A stretch of 64,000 nt of DNA, taken from a virus. Position numbers and translations under genes: made by a program. The notes beneath the pieces are model-generated. The model was not told where the DNA came from. It did not search any database and saw only the letters and a program-made list of their open reading frames with translations. Positions 37,338 to 49,500 of this stretch are shown here, piece by piece; the stretch's first letter is position 1, and each line of letters starts with the position of its first letter. Where the stretch lies: IMG/VR virus record IMGVR_UViG_3300044608_002890; one strand, 5' to 3'.

Positions 37338-40045
37338 TGCCTGTAACCTACCTATATACCGAAAATACTCTTGCTCAATGGCGTACCTATACCAACATCA
37401 TAGGCGCCAACGTTGGTGATCTTGACCGGCTCTACTTGCCTTTTCCAGGTAATGTTGATCTAGTATCTGCCATCAATTCAATCTATAGCATTCTCATCAC
37501 TGTCAATGGTGTTGCCAATGCTACGGCAACAGATTTGGGTAATGTCAAAGGTCTTAATACCAATGCCAATACCAACATCATCATGGCCATCAATGAGCTG
37601 CATGGTAATATTGGTCCTCTGCCCAATCTTCGTACTTCGGCCAACACAAATTTAGTCTATGCCATAAACGAAATTTACGGCAATGTTGGTATTCTGGCCA
37701 ACCTTAAAACCAATGCCAATGCCAATGCAGTAGTTGCCATCAATGAGCTCTGGGGCAACGTTGGCCCACTGCCCAATCTCTACACTACTGCCAATGCCAA
37801 CATTGTCTATGCAGTCAATGAGCTCTATAGCAACATAGGCAATCTTCTTACTCTTAATACCACAAACAAAACAACTATTGTTGGATCTATCAATGACATT
37901 TTGTCCAATGTCATTGGCAATCTTTATACCCTAAACACCACAGTAAACACCAACATAGTTGCCGCCATCAATGATGTCATGGTTGGTGAGAATGATTTCG
38001 TTGTTGGTAATATTGATATACGTGGTGAATTCACTACCAGAGATTCCCTGCTAGAACTAGCATCCAACAATCTTCTCAATCCCGATGATGTCATAGACAT
38101 AGGATTTTTTGGCAAAACACCCGAAACATTCTATCTCTGGTCCGAAGAGTATGGCAATGTTTACATACGTGAAGGATACAGCGATGCACTAGGAAGAATC
38201 ATCCTAGAAGATGCTTCGGGCAATGTAATTTCCGAAGATTATTTGGGTGATGCCAATACCATTGTACGGCACGTAGGGTTGTTCAGAGACGCATCACAGT
38301 TTGACAATAGGTTTGTTTTCTTTGCCAATCTGCTAGCAGAGCCAGAAGCTAACATCATAGACACCAGCAACATCAGCTATGCTCTGGCCAATGTTGCTGC
38401 TGAATACTTCATAGGTAACCTCAGAGGCTGGGCTGATTGGGCTCGACAGATATGGGCCACGAATGTCATAGAAAATGGCAATACCACCTATGGTAATGTA
38501 TTTTTCCAGAATACTCGTTCCAGACAATCCATTGGCGTTACAGGGTTGGGCATTGATTATAATCCCATTTCTGGTATTTTCAGTCTAGACTTCACAGAAA
38601 TAGCCGCAGGCATTTTGGGTTTAGGTAATACCGATGGTTTACCCGAAGGCAATGCCAATCTTTATTACACCAATGCCAGAGCACAGGCCTTTGTTGGGGA
38701 ATGGTTGACCTTTGCTGATCCATTGAATTTTGACAGCGTCAATGGCATAGTAGATTTAAATTTTTTAGACACTGACAATGTACCTGAAGGCAATGTAAAC
38801 TTTTACTTTAGCAATGCTTTGGCTAGAAATGCCATTAGCAACGTTGGAAACATACTGCTCTATGATCCATTGACTGGTGAGCTTTCCATCAATACTGCCA
38901 TCATGGGCAATGTAGTAAGTGTCAATGCCAAAGACGGCGAAGTAACTCTCAATACCGATGAAGTGCCCGAAGGCCCTGCGGGCAATTTGTATTTTACTAC
39001 CAATAATTGGTTGGCCAGACTGGCCTTTGTATATACCAGCAACATTGCCGAAGATCCCAACAGCAATCTAGCCAATACCACCATTGGCAACGTATATTTC
39101 ACCAATGCTCGTGCCAGAGCCGCTGTTGGTAATGCTGGTCCAGAAATAAACTATGACCGAGCCAATGGTTTATTCAGTCTTAATGTGAATGCCATTTTGG
39201 CAGGTGTGAGTTCTGTGAACGGAGCCAATGGTAATGTCATACTTTATACCAGCAACATAGCCGAAAATCCCAACAGCAATCTAGCCAATACCACCATTGG
39301 CAATGTATACTTTACCAATGCCAGAGCACGACATGCTATATCGGTCATAGGTGCTGCTACATATACTTCGGCCAATGGTGAGATTTACGTTCCCGGGCCA
39401 TATGGTCTAGCCTATAAGCGTTTCATTTATACTTTAGGCACAGCTTCAAATGTCATAACCGGCCCTGACGACAACGGTCATACATTGCTGATCGACATGG
39501 CAGCAGCCACAGATGTATATGTCAATGGCATAAGAGCCATTTCTGGCATTGACTTTACCATCAACAATAGCCTTGCTTCCAGTAATGTTTTATTCAATAC
39601 AATATTACCCATTGGAACACGCATACTTACACAGGAAATTACAGGAAATCTTGCAGTAAGTCAGGGTTATGTTACTGAAACAAGAACTGATTATCTTGAA
39701 CCTTTGAATCTACCCACTGTACCGGCTAATGCCAATGTTTTTGTGGATTTGGCATATGGAGCGAATACTGTATTTTCTGTGAATGTAAATAGTTCAATGC
39801 AGTTCAATTTCATAAATCCACCGTTGACCACCAACAAAGCCTTTGTGTTTACTATATTTACTAGAATGAGTTCATACAACGACGGTAGTTATTCTTATAC
39901 CTGGCCGGCCAATGTACATTGGGATGATGATTCAACACCCCCGATAACTGCCATTCCGGATCGTACCGAAGCATATTCTTTTTGGACACTAGACAATGGC
40001 AATGTTTATTATGGTTATAAAAACCTAAGCGCAGCAAGAACGTGA
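37337..40045 (+). CDS. Tail fibre/whisker-like protein with about six 25-aa repeats and NLYFTNAR repeats
   Basis: Tandem G.L.NL.T.AN.N.V.AINE repeats; NLYYTNARA repeats. Confidence 0.7.
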   Translation: MPVTYLYTENTLAQWRTYTNIIGANVGDLDRLYLPFPGNVDLVSAINSIYSILITVNGVANATATDLGNVKGLNTNANTNIIMAINELHGNIGPLPNLRTSANTNLVYAINEIYGNVGILANLKTNANANAVVAINELWGNVGPLPNLYTTANANIVYAVNELYSNIGNLLTLNTTNKTTIVGSINDILSNVIGNLYTLNTTVNTNIVAAINDVMVGENDFVVGNIDIRGEFTTRDSLLELASNNLLNPDDVIDIGFFGKTPETFYLWSEEYGNVYIREGYSDALGRIILEDASGNVISEDYLGDANTIVRHVGLFRDASQFDNRFVFFANLLAEPEANIIDTSNISYALANVAAEYFIGNLRGWADWARQIWATNVIENGNTTYGNVFFQNTRSRQSIGVTGLGIDYNPISGIFSLDFTEIAAGILGLGNTDGLPEGNANLYYTNARAQAFVGEWLTFADPLNFDSVNGIVDLNFLDTDNVPEGNVNFYFSNALARNAISNVGNILLYDPLTGELSINTAIMGNVVSVNAKDGEVTLNTDEVPEGPAGNLYFTTNNWLARLAFVYTSNIAEDPNSNLANTTIGNVYFTNARARAAVGNAGPEINYDRANGLFSLNVNAILAGVSSVNGANGNVILYTSNIAENPNSNLANTTIGNVYFTNARARHAISVIGAATYTSANGEIYVPGPYGLAYKRFIYTLGTASNVITGPDDNGHTLLIDMAAATDVYVNGIRAISGIDFTINNSLASSNVLFNTILPIGTRILTQEITGNLAVSQGYVTETRTDYLEPLNLPTVPANANVFVDLAYGANTVFSVNVNSSMQFNFINPPLTTNKAFVFTIFTRMSSYNDGSYSYTWPANVHWDDDSTPPITAIPDRTEAYSFWTLDNGNVYYGYKNLSAART
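39032..39320 (+). repeat. Internal direct repeat YTSNIAE.PNSNLANTTIGNVYFTNARA x2
   Basis: 37-nt identical core at 39054-39090 and 39267-39303. Confidence 0.85.
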
Positions 40046-40046
40046 C

Positions 40047-43000
40047 ATGGCAATCAGTCGTTCAAGAAAAAATAGGCCCATAGCTGAAGACGAGCGTTAC
40101 TTTCCGTATTTCCCTAGCGCATATCGAGCCTTCATTAAGAGCTTCCCCATGGAAGCTCGCATACATGTCCGCCAACCAACCTATGTTATCGACAAAGGAT
40201 TCTTGACCTTAGAAGACGACACTGGTTTATTTGTTCTTGAAAATGATGAAAAATATACCCTATTAAATCCCAGAAATGTAGGTGGTGACGATGCTACGGG
40301 CGATGGTTCCTATGAGAAGCCCTTTGCTAATATTACACCGGCTATCAACTATGTAGTTAACCAACAACTGAAACCACCCATGGGTCGTTGGGCCTTTGTA
40401 ATTTATCCTGGTGATTATGTTGAACGTGGTCAAGATGTCATTAGAAAAATTACCTATCCTGATTACAGGCTGGCACTTTTTACCGACACCTTCTATAATC
40501 CCATAACAAAGTTGCCTGCAGATAAACGGTATACCATCAATGGCCGATCAAAAAAAGACAACTATATAGGTCACTGGGCACTATACAACCAATCCTGGAC
40601 CTATGAATTTCACTACATAGGAGCTGGCGGCAACACCAGAGTACTTTATCAGAATTTCCCAGATTACTATGATCCTGTTACGGAAAAATATCGCAACAAT
40701 TATGCCGTAAACGGTTCGAGTAAACTAGGATATTTGGGTCTTTGGCCAACCATTTGGAATAGCCGAACCAAACCACCTACGGGTGGTTTTAATCTCCATG
40801 AAGGCAGCTATACCTTCAATGCCCCTGCTGATGGTTATTATAGAGTTCATTACTATGTTGAACATAGCTATACCAGCACAAGGTCCAACATAGCCAATGC
40901 TGTAACCAATCAAATGCTCATCAATGGAAATATCCATCCAGGCATGTATTGGGAAGAACGCTATAATCATTACTATATTGATTCTACCTGCACCAATCCA
41001 TCTGTTAATGTAGATCTTCATGAAAAAGGCAACATTATTCTGCATGGCATTAGCAACATTGTCACTGACAAGTATCTAAGTGGCACTGGCAGTTATTACA
41101 TCAATTCCGGCGGTGGCGCCATCATACCTTTTGAAGCCAACTCTGGTCTAGATTTAGGAACAAGCGATTTTACCATCGAAGGTCATTTTAATTTTGGCAG
41201 AGGAGGCAGAAGTGGCAGTCTCATAACCAATGGTGCTGGTTTATTGGGTAGACGTGCTTTCGAATTAACCTATTCTGGTAGCGTTTTTAATTTCAAAATT
41301 TATGACAAAAATTCAACAGCCAGAACCACATCATTAAGCAGCCGTACTGTTAATACCAATGTCTGGGTTCATGTTACAGTAATGCGCAAGCAAACCGAAG
41401 TATACATGTTTGTTGATGGTATTCAAATAGATCGTAAACCTACCCAGGTATCAAGTTACGTACGTAACGTGGGCTATGTTCCTAATGTCTTTACCTATGA
41501 TCTTGCCAATGGTCCGGGAAGTTTTTACATAGGCGGCCATCAATCTGGCAGTGTATTCAGCGATTTAAAATATAGCAAAGGTCCTAACGTCTGGATCGAT
41601 AGCGTTCGTGTAAGCAACATAGCAAGGTACGAACTACCCAACATAAATTCGCCAACGGTATTTTTTACAGCTGCCCCCGGTGATGCCAGTAATGCAATGA
41701 TTTTGAATTTATCCAACAACATCATTGATACTGGATATGACGAACGAGCCATGTTGGCCTATGGTGCAGTCTTACCTACCACATATTCACCCTTTGACGA
41801 ATCAACCAATGTCAATGCCAGCATACTATTCACACCAACTAATTGGCTGAGAATCCCTAATCACCCCGCATTCAATCTACCCAATGACTTTACCATAGAT
41901 TTTAGATTATTGCAGAGTGTTGGAAAGCAAGATTCTTTTTGTGTAATTTCCAAAAGTCATCCCAGCATAACCAGTAAAAAAAGCTTCAGCATCATTGCCA
42001 AGAGCACGGGTTGGGATCTAAAGTTTAGCCAGACTGGTACAACCTGGACAACGCGAAGTATCTCTACTGGTAGACCCTGGAACGATTGGAACAGTTACCG
42101 TTTAAGCAAGAATGGCGCCAACATAAGATTTTATGAAAATGGTATCCTACTGTACAGCAACATTCTGCCCTTTTCGAACATCTTTGCCAGTGATGCCAAC
42201 ATAACCCTGGGAAGCGAAGGCGACACATCAACTGCAACTTCTGCAGCAGTTCTTAACAACATAAGAATTGTTTCCAATGCCTATACCACGGTCAATGCCT
42301 ATGTTCCTCTGACAACTGATTATGGTTATGATTTTCTGGAGACAACTGCCAATGGAACGCCAGAATCAGATACCATTTTGTTGATGGGCCAACCTGGAAA
42401 TGTACTTACCGATGCCAGTTTATTTCAGCACAATGTTATTGCCAAGTATCTAAGCTCTACCAATACTGCCAACGGCAATGTATTTGGCATACCATTGAAT
42501 CCTTTTACTGACGTTGGTACAGGTACTAGTTACACCTGGGATTCAACCGACTTGCAGTACGTAAAGTTTGACCCCAGTTCAAGATTTAATATTCTACAAA
42601 ATGGCACATTTACCCTGGAGTTTTGGGTAAGAAATAACAATCCTCGCAAGGCCAATGTAGTTGACATCATTACCACAGGCATAAAAAATCTACCTTCGGT
42701 GAACGGCGATTTAACTCTTGCGCTAGAGGGCTCAAGCTTCAAAATTTACACTAAAAGGCCGTCAGTCAATACTAGAGACTATCCTGGTGTCATAAAAACC
42801 TGGAACTACCCAACAGGATTGTCCTGCGGGTCAGTTAGCAATCCAGCTACCTGGAACCATTTTGCCTGGGTGAGCGATGCTGGACGTTGGACTTTTTATA
42901 TCAATGGTTCCAATGTGGTCAGCAATGTTAATACTGGAATAAATCAGGTCCTGGCCACAACAGGCGATCCAATTAATTTTAACATATCCAATGGTTTGAT

Positions 43001-46000
43001 GGTTTGCCGACCATCCACTCGCCGGGCGTTTAAGGGATCTAGTACATCACAGTTCATAGGTCAGCTTCATGGTCTTAGAATATCCAATTCCATACGCTAT
43101 GCCAATGCTTTTACCAGACCCAGTGAACCCTTTGTAAACGATGCACAAACAGAATTTTTAGAATTCAATGGTCCTCTGACCGGAGCATCACAAAGTATTG
43201 CTTCCTATGCAGTCAATTTACAGCGTGGAAGAATTTACATGTATGATAATCCAGGAATCCTAACTCTGGGTTCCAGTGATTTTACCATAGAAACCTACAT
43301 AAAATTAACTAGGGAACTTCCAAGCTATACGGATCCCAGTGATCCGGGATATATTAGTACGGGTCATGCATTCCATTGGACTTCAACTAGAATAGCATTG
43401 ATCGATCAACTTTTTTTACAAGCTAATTATACTTACTATGCCCAAGCGTACAAAGAAGCCGGCATTTTCATTGGTAGAACCGAATTATATGTTCTAAACA
43501 ACAGCATAAATTTAGGATCGGTGCAACATGGTATGATAGTTGACCTTTGGTATCATGTAGCTGTTGAGCGCGTAGGAAGCACTATTACATTTTACATAGA
43601 TGGCAACTCCGTAGGATCAACATCCATAGCTGGCGACTTTTTCCCACATGCCAACGGTAACCGTCAGTTATGGTTCGGTGCGCAAAAATCTGGTGGGCCT
43701 TTCAGTGCTAAATTTAGTAATTTTAGAGTAAGCACTGTAGCCAGGTACAATGGCAACTTTACTATTCCTCAAGACATTTTTACAAGTGATGCCAGCACAA
43801 GATTTTTGGGTATGAATCAGCCCACACTTACGGCCCGCATAAGAAATACCGACACGGCCTTCTTGTATACTCAAGGCACAGTTGATGTAATTCTTGATGA
43901 TAGCCCATTTCCCGCAGCTGGAGCATCTTCGGCAATAACAGTCTATGGTAAAATACGAACAACAACAAACACACCGTTTGCATCCGATGTAAACAAATCG
44001 CATCTTTTTCTATATGGCAGCATTGACAACCCCAAAGAACCCATTATAGATGGCGGACAGGGTGATTATACCGTTGAATATCAACTCTATAAGTATCGTC
44101 CCTGGGTATCAGGTCAAACATTATTCTATGTAAAAGGTAGCATAAGTGGTTTCAATTATATTGCTCTTACAACAGATTTATCAACTAGTCGTAAGTATAG
44201 GTTAATTTGTCCAACCAATAATAATCTAAGTTGGCGGGATCTTTACCTGGGTGAATTTTTACCAGAATTGAATCGTTGGGTACACGTGGTGCTCATGAAA
44301 AGAAATGATACATTGACCTTGATAGTTGATGGTAAGATTGTATTCAACCTTATAGATGCCGGATTTAAACTAGGCAACATTAGCATAGCCTTGGGTGGCA
44401 GACAGAAAGGTACTAGTACTATTGCAGATGGACTATTGATTAGTAACTACAGATTTTCGCGTGTGGCACAATACGAAGCCCGAATTAACTATCCTAACAA
44501 TGGATTGACTAGCAACGAAGCCTTGTTTGCCAGCAATGTGGTAGCTTTGGCGCAGTTCAACAACGAAAATTATCGCAGACATCCTTCACAATTTGCATAT
44601 CAGAGCTACGCTGATGGTAGAAATCATGGTTTTGAACAAACCATCTATTTGGCCAATGGTCAACATACCATCAATGTAAGTGCCATTACACAAAATCGTC
44701 AGGGTATCTGGGGCGGTGATATCATGACTGCCAATGGACAAATTATCTGGGAAAGTCGCAGAGATGCTCGCGATAATAGCATCAACAATCTAAGACATCC
44801 AGATAGTTCAGTACGTGGCATACACATCAGATATGCAGGCAGCAAACCACTGTATTTTCAGAATGCTCTTGTTAATGCCGTTGACTATGGTTCTAGTGCC
44901 AAAATGCGGTATTTTCCAGCCAATACTTTGTCCAATGTAAATTACAATCCGTTTGAGGTGGAATTTACAATCAAACAAGGCGCTACTAAAACTGTCATAG
45001 TGCCTGATGCTATTAATCCTGATCCTGACCTTAAGAACAGGCGCCGCATAATTTATCAGGGACGTTATCGTGAAATACAGGACATCATGCGTGGGTATTT
45101 CCTCAACGTAGGCATCGAAGGCACTAAACTGAATTTAAATCAGGGTGGTGGTAAAATCACCACGTTTGAAAATTGCACTTTCCTCTATCCCAATGTTACC
45201 TATCTTGGGACTGAATACCTAAGTGCACCAGTAACAAACTTGACAGGATCTGGTGGAACACAAGGTACAGGCCGACTGCTAATCAAACGCAGCATCTTTG
45301 GAGATACTCAACGCAGGTTGACCAAATCCATGTTCCAAAGCAGCCATACAGCATATGGCAATAAATGGTGGTTATACAGAAAATATCCATTGTTTGTTGC
45401 TAACTTGGATGTGGCAGCAGTTCGGAATACCAGCAGAGTGGTCATGAACGATGTAATTTTTAATGCGCAAGTTCAGGCCAATAGCTTTGTAGTCATTAAT
45501 AACAACATACCAGCACAATTAACCGAAGTTGCCATAACCTTTAAATATGGTTCCATTCCAACGCAACGATACACCATTGCGCCCGGAGCAAATTTAACGC
45601 CATCGTTGTTGTTCTATGGTAATGTTGTTACAACAGCATCACCGGAATTCACCAACACTGTTAGCATATATCTACCCTGGAATGGTTACAAGACATCAGC
45701 TCAAGAACAAACCAGCACCATTGTTCAATTGCCTGATATACCCGCAGGCAATTTGCTTGTCGAAGCCGGTGACGAATTTCTTTTAGAAAATAGCGATCCA
45801 TTGATCTATGTTTATTCCGTGCCCGCTGGTGTTGGCAATGTTTATCCCCGTATAGAGACTACTGGTCTGTTGCCAGCCAAATCTAGTTACTGGAGCATTA
45901 AACTAAGCATGTATCGTAATGAACCATTTCAAAGAGTAGCACCTGGTGCTTATGAAAGCATATGGTTCCATGGCAACTATCTACCCAAAGGCACCAAAGG

Positions 46001-46505
46001 TGTAGTCAGCATAGGCAAAATTTTACCCAATAGCTTGGCTCTTTTGGCCTACCCCATAAGTAACCGAACAGTAACTATCTCTGGAGTCAGGAGTACATTG
46101 CCCGGACAAAATTATTTTAAACTATTGCTGTGGCGCTGGGGTACTATTGCTGGTGAAACGGTAACTCTTACCTTAACGCCTCAAAATATATTTGATTTGA
46201 ACACCTGGTATGATGTTGAAGTTGATTATGCCGATGGTTTACTTAAACTCATAGTTAACAATGAAACCATTGCAGAATCCGATCAAAACAATGTATTCCC
46301 GCTAAAACCTGCAGCTGCGTTTAATTTAGATAATAATAATACTGCCAAGTTCATACTAGGAAAACCGCCATTGTTGGATTATTATTCTAGTTACACGACA
46401 TCTAGCTGGCGTGGCTATATACGCAGTCTCGAAGTAAAATCCGGAGCCGATGTGCAAGTAAGCCAGGCTGGTGTATACAACGGAACCTATAGATGGTTCT
46501 TGTAA
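40047..46505 (+). CDS. Giant multi-LamG (concanavalin A-like lectin) virion protein
   Basis: Repeated DFTIE.W/F...W.H.A..R......F.DG motifs (about five domains). Confidence 0.8.
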   Translation: MAISRSRKNRPIAEDERYFPYFPSAYRAFIKSFPMEARIHVRQPTYVIDKGFLTLEDDTGLFVLENDEKYTLLNPRNVGGDDATGDGSYEKPFANITPAINYVVNQQLKPPMGRWAFVIYPGDYVERGQDVIRKITYPDYRLALFTDTFYNPITKLPADKRYTINGRSKKDNYIGHWALYNQSWTYEFHYIGAGGNTRVLYQNFPDYYDPVTEKYRNNYAVNGSSKLGYLGLWPTIWNSRTKPPTGGFNLHEGSYTFNAPADGYYRVHYYVEHSYTSTRSNIANAVTNQMLINGNIHPGMYWEERYNHYYIDSTCTNPSVNVDLHEKGNIILHGISNIVTDKYLSGTGSYYINSGGGAIIPFEANSGLDLGTSDFTIEGHFNFGRGGRSGSLITNGAGLLGRRAFELTYSGSVFNFKIYDKNSTARTTSLSSRTVNTNVWVHVTVMRKQTEVYMFVDGIQIDRKPTQVSSYVRNVGYVPNVFTYDLANGPGSFYIGGHQSGSVFSDLKYSKGPNVWIDSVRVSNIARYELPNINSPTVFFTAAPGDASNAMILNLSNNIIDTGYDERAMLAYGAVLPTTYSPFDESTNVNASILFTPTNWLRIPNHPAFNLPNDFTIDFRLLQSVGKQDSFCVISKSHPSITSKKSFSIIAKSTGWDLKFSQTGTTWTTRSISTGRPWNDWNSYRLSKNGANIRFYENGILLYSNILPFSNIFASDANITLGSEGDTSTATSAAVLNNIRIVSNAYTTVNAYVPLTTDYGYDFLETTANGTPESDTILLMGQPGNVLTDASLFQHNVIAKYLSSTNTANGNVFGIPLNPFTDVGTGTSYTWDSTDLQYVKFDPSSRFNILQNGTFTLEFWVRNNNPRKANVVDIITTGIKNLPSVNGDLTLALEGSSFKIYTKRPSVNTRDYPGVIKTWNYPTGLSCGSVSNPATWNHFAWVSDAGRWTFYINGSNVVSNVNTGINQVLATTGDPINFNISNGLMVCRPSTRRAFKGSSTSQFIGQLHGLRISNSIRYANAFTRPSEPFVNDAQTEFLEFNGPLTGASQSIASYAVNLQRGRIYMYDNPGILTLGSSDFTIETYIKLTRELPSYTDPSDPGYISTGHAFHWTSTRIALIDQLFLQANYTYYAQAYKEAGIFIGRTELYVLNNSINLGSVQHGMIVDLWYHVAVERVGSTITFYIDGNSVGSTSIAGDFFPHANGNRQLWFGAQKSGGPFSAKFSNFRVSTVARYNGNFTIPQDIFTSDASTRFLGMNQPTLTARIRNTDTAFLYTQGTVDVILDDSPFPAAGASSAITVYGKIRTTTNTPFASDVNKSHLFLYGSIDNPKEPIIDGGQGDYTVEYQLYKYRPWVSGQTLFYVKGSISGFNYIALTTDLSTSRKYRLICPTNNNLSWRDLYLGEFLPELNRWVHVVLMKRNDTLTLIVDGKIVFNLIDAGFKLGNISIALGGRQKGTSTIADGLLISNYRFSRVAQYEARINYPNNGLTSNEALFASNVVALAQFNNENYRRHPSQFAYQSYADGRNHGFEQTIYLANGQHTINVSAITQNRQGIWGGDIMTANGQIIWESRRDARDNSINNLRHPDSSVRGIHIRYAGSKPLYFQNALVNAVDYGSSAKMRYFPANTLSNVNYNPFEVEFTIKQGATKTVIVPDAINPDPDLKNRRRIIYQGRYREIQDIMRGYFLNVGIEGTKLNLNQGGGKITTFENCTFLYPNVTYLGTEYLSAPVTNLTGSGGTQGTGRLLIKRSIFGDTQRRLTKSMFQSSHTAYGNKWWLYRKYPLFVANLDVAAVRNTSRVVMNDVIFNAQVQANSFVVINNNIPAQLTEVAITFKYGSIPTQRYTIAPGANLTPSLLFYGNVVTTASPEFTNTVSIYLPWNGYKTSAQEQTSTIVQLPDIPAGNLLVEAGDEFLLENSDPLIYVYSVPAGVGNVYPRIETTGLLPAKSSYWSIKLSMYRNEPFQRVAPGAYESIWFHGNYLPKGTKGVVSIGKILPNSLALLAYPISNRTVTISGVRSTLPGQNYFKLLLWRWGTIAGETVTLTLTPQNIFDLNTWYDVEVDYADGLLKLIVNNETIAESDQNNVFPLKPAAAFNLDNNNTAKFILGKPPLLDYYSSYTTSSWRGYIRSLEVKSGADVQVSQAGVYNGTYRWFL

Positions 46506-46511
46506 CCACAT

Positions 46512-46519
46512 CATAAATA
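46512..46519 (+). promoter_or_regulatory. Late promoter CATAAATA
   Basis: Intergenic box before the long fibre gene. Confidence 0.65.
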
Positions 46520-46564
46520 TAGAGTATCCATGTATGATTTTTCATTCTATTCAAAGAAAAGCAA

Positions 46565-49500
46565 ATGGCTCTATCACTTAACATAACTGCATCATTTCCG
46601 AGTACGGCAACTTTGCCCAACTATGCCGTTACTCAGTTGGAAATTGCCAACAGTGCAGTTACTGCTAGGATCATTGATCGAAATACGGTCACAACGGATT
46701 ACATTACCGAAGGTTCTGCTAACCTATATTTTACCAATGCTCGTGCTCGTGATGCTTTGACAGTGACCGGTGGAGCATCGTATGATAGCAGCAATGGCAT
46801 ATTGTCTGTAGGTGGTCCAGGCCTATGGCCCAATACCGACAATGTTGCCGAAGGATCTGCAAATCTTTATTTCACCAATGCTCGAGCACGGGCTGCGATA
46901 TCGGCCTTTGACAATTCCATCATCTATGATGATGTCAACGGTACAATCAAAGCCAACTTAGCGGCCATAGGTGCCATAGGTGGAGGACCCAATGTTATAA
47001 GTGTCAATGGTCAGGTTGGCCTGGTTTATCTAACTACTTTGAACATCATCGAAAGTGGTGATAGCAAATATTTTAGCAATGCTCTAGCACAGGCTGCAAT
47101 TTCTGGCGCCTCGGGCATACTGGTTAATGATGGCACTATCAGCATAGATGATACTGTTGACATCTTAGTAAACAACATAACAGCCAACAGCATAACATTG
47201 GTGGATCAAAACAATGCCCTGGCCAATGTCACTATACTTTATGATGCAAATTCTAATTACATTACTGTAGAAGCCAATATTCGCCCCACTGAGGACAATG
47301 TCTTTACTCTGGGCACTGCAGGATCAAAGTGGAATGAGATCAATGCGCATGAATTGACTGTAGATTTCATAACAGCTACCAGCAACATAACCACCACAGG
47401 CGACATTGTAGCACGAAATCTCTTTGGTAACATCACTGGTGAAGTTCTAAAAACCATTACCATTACAGCTACTGGCAGTACGCTCATCATAGACACGGCC
47501 AATGATCCTGATTTGTTTTTACCACAGGGAACTGTGGTTGATTTTAATGCAAGTTCAGATAGCCTCATAGGCATTGGTTTTGATATAGGTATTGTAGATG
47601 GAAGCAATGTACTGGATAGCTCCAACATTACAGGCATAAGCTACACCGTAGGCAATGATTCTGCAGCCACCTATGCAGACTGGGAAGCCAGCTTTACTGG
47701 TCCCAACACCAGAGTATTGAGCTATGTTATTCCGCAGGGAGCTTCTTCGAATCTCATATACTATGCAACCAGCTATGAAAATTCACGTGGTCGCATCGTA
47801 ACTGCTCCGCCATTTACAACCGATGATCTTACTGAGGGTAACCAGAATTTATACTACACTGATGAACGTGTTCAAGCTGTTTTGTCACTTGTAGTCGATG
47901 CCAATGTTGGCATGTTATATGATGAAGTTTTGAATATTATTAGTCTAGAACAAAACATAGGCACTGACGCAGGTCCAATTTTTGCCAATGTTACCGCTAA
48001 TGCTTTCTTTGGTGGTAACTTCTATGGAACATTCATAGGCAATATTCAAGGTGCTGTGGCTAACCTTAATCATCTAACTACCGATGATTTGGCCGAAGGC
48101 AGCACCAATCGATACTATACCACAGACCGCGTGAGGACTGCTGTATTTGCTGGTCCGGGTCTGACTTATTCATCCATAACCGGTGAATTTGAATTACCCT
48201 TTACTGGCGTTGATGCAGGTACTTATGGCAATCCCAATGCCATAGCAAAAATAACCGTAGATGATTTTGGTAGAATTACCAGTGCCAACAGCATCGGCAT
48301 ACTCATTAATTCTGCCAATGTTCTAGAAACTTCTAATGTTTTCTTCACCAATGCCAGAGTTTGGGCCAATGTTGCTCCACGCATAGCCGAACTCACCACC
48401 ACCAACATAGCCGAAGGTGCCAATCTTTATTTTACAAATGCTCGTGCCCGAGCTGCCATAGGTTCTGAAGATGCCAATTTAATTTACTATGAAAACAATG
48501 GTAAATTCCAGGTCAATGTCACAACTTCGGGTGGTGGGGCAGTAACTAGTGTAAACGGACAGACCGGCATTGTTGTTTTAACAACTGCCAACATAGCCGA
48601 AGATTCCAACCTGTATTTTACCACAGATAGAGTCTGGGCCAACATAGGTGCCAACATTGGTAACCTAAATTTCTGGGTTGCATCACACAATACAACAACA
48701 GGCATTGCAGAAGGCACTAAACTATTCTTTACCAATGCTCGAGCTCGCGCCGCCATACAGGCAGCAGACAACAGCATAATCTATTATGAAGCCAATGGTG
48801 GAATTCAGGCCAATCTAACTGCCATCAACAGTGTCTCAAGTGTCAATGGACAGACTGGAACAGTAGTCCTTACTACTAGCAATGTATATGAAGGTGCCAA
48901 TCTATATTTTACCAATACCAGAACACGGGCAGCCGTAGGAACTGCTAATGCTACTGCGCTGATTTATTATGAAGCCAATGGTAACTTCCAGATTAATGTC
49001 GAAGCAGTTGCAGCAGTTACCAGCGTTAATGAACAGATTGGAGCAGTTTCATTATCTACTAGCAACATTGCAGAGGGTGCCAATCTATACTTCACCAATA
49101 CCAGATCACGAGCAGCCGTAGGTACTGCCAACAGTACTTCATTGATCTACTATGAAGGCAATGGTAATTTTCAGGTCAACATACCAGTTGTGGGTGGTGT
49201 TAACAGTGTCAATGGTCAGACCGGTGTTGTTTCATTAACCACCACCAACATAGCCGAAGGCGACAATTTATACTTCACCAATGCCAGAGTTTGGTCCAAC
49301 ATAGCTTCACGCATCTCAGAGCTAACTACCAGCAACATTGCCGAAGGAGCTAATTTATACTTTACCAATGCCAGAGTTTGGTCTAATGTTGGTCCTCGCA
49401 TTGCAGAGTTAACTACCAGCAACATTGCCGAAGGCTCCAATCTATACTTTACCAATGCCAGAACACGCGCAGCTATTTCTGGTGGCACTGGTGTAACTTA

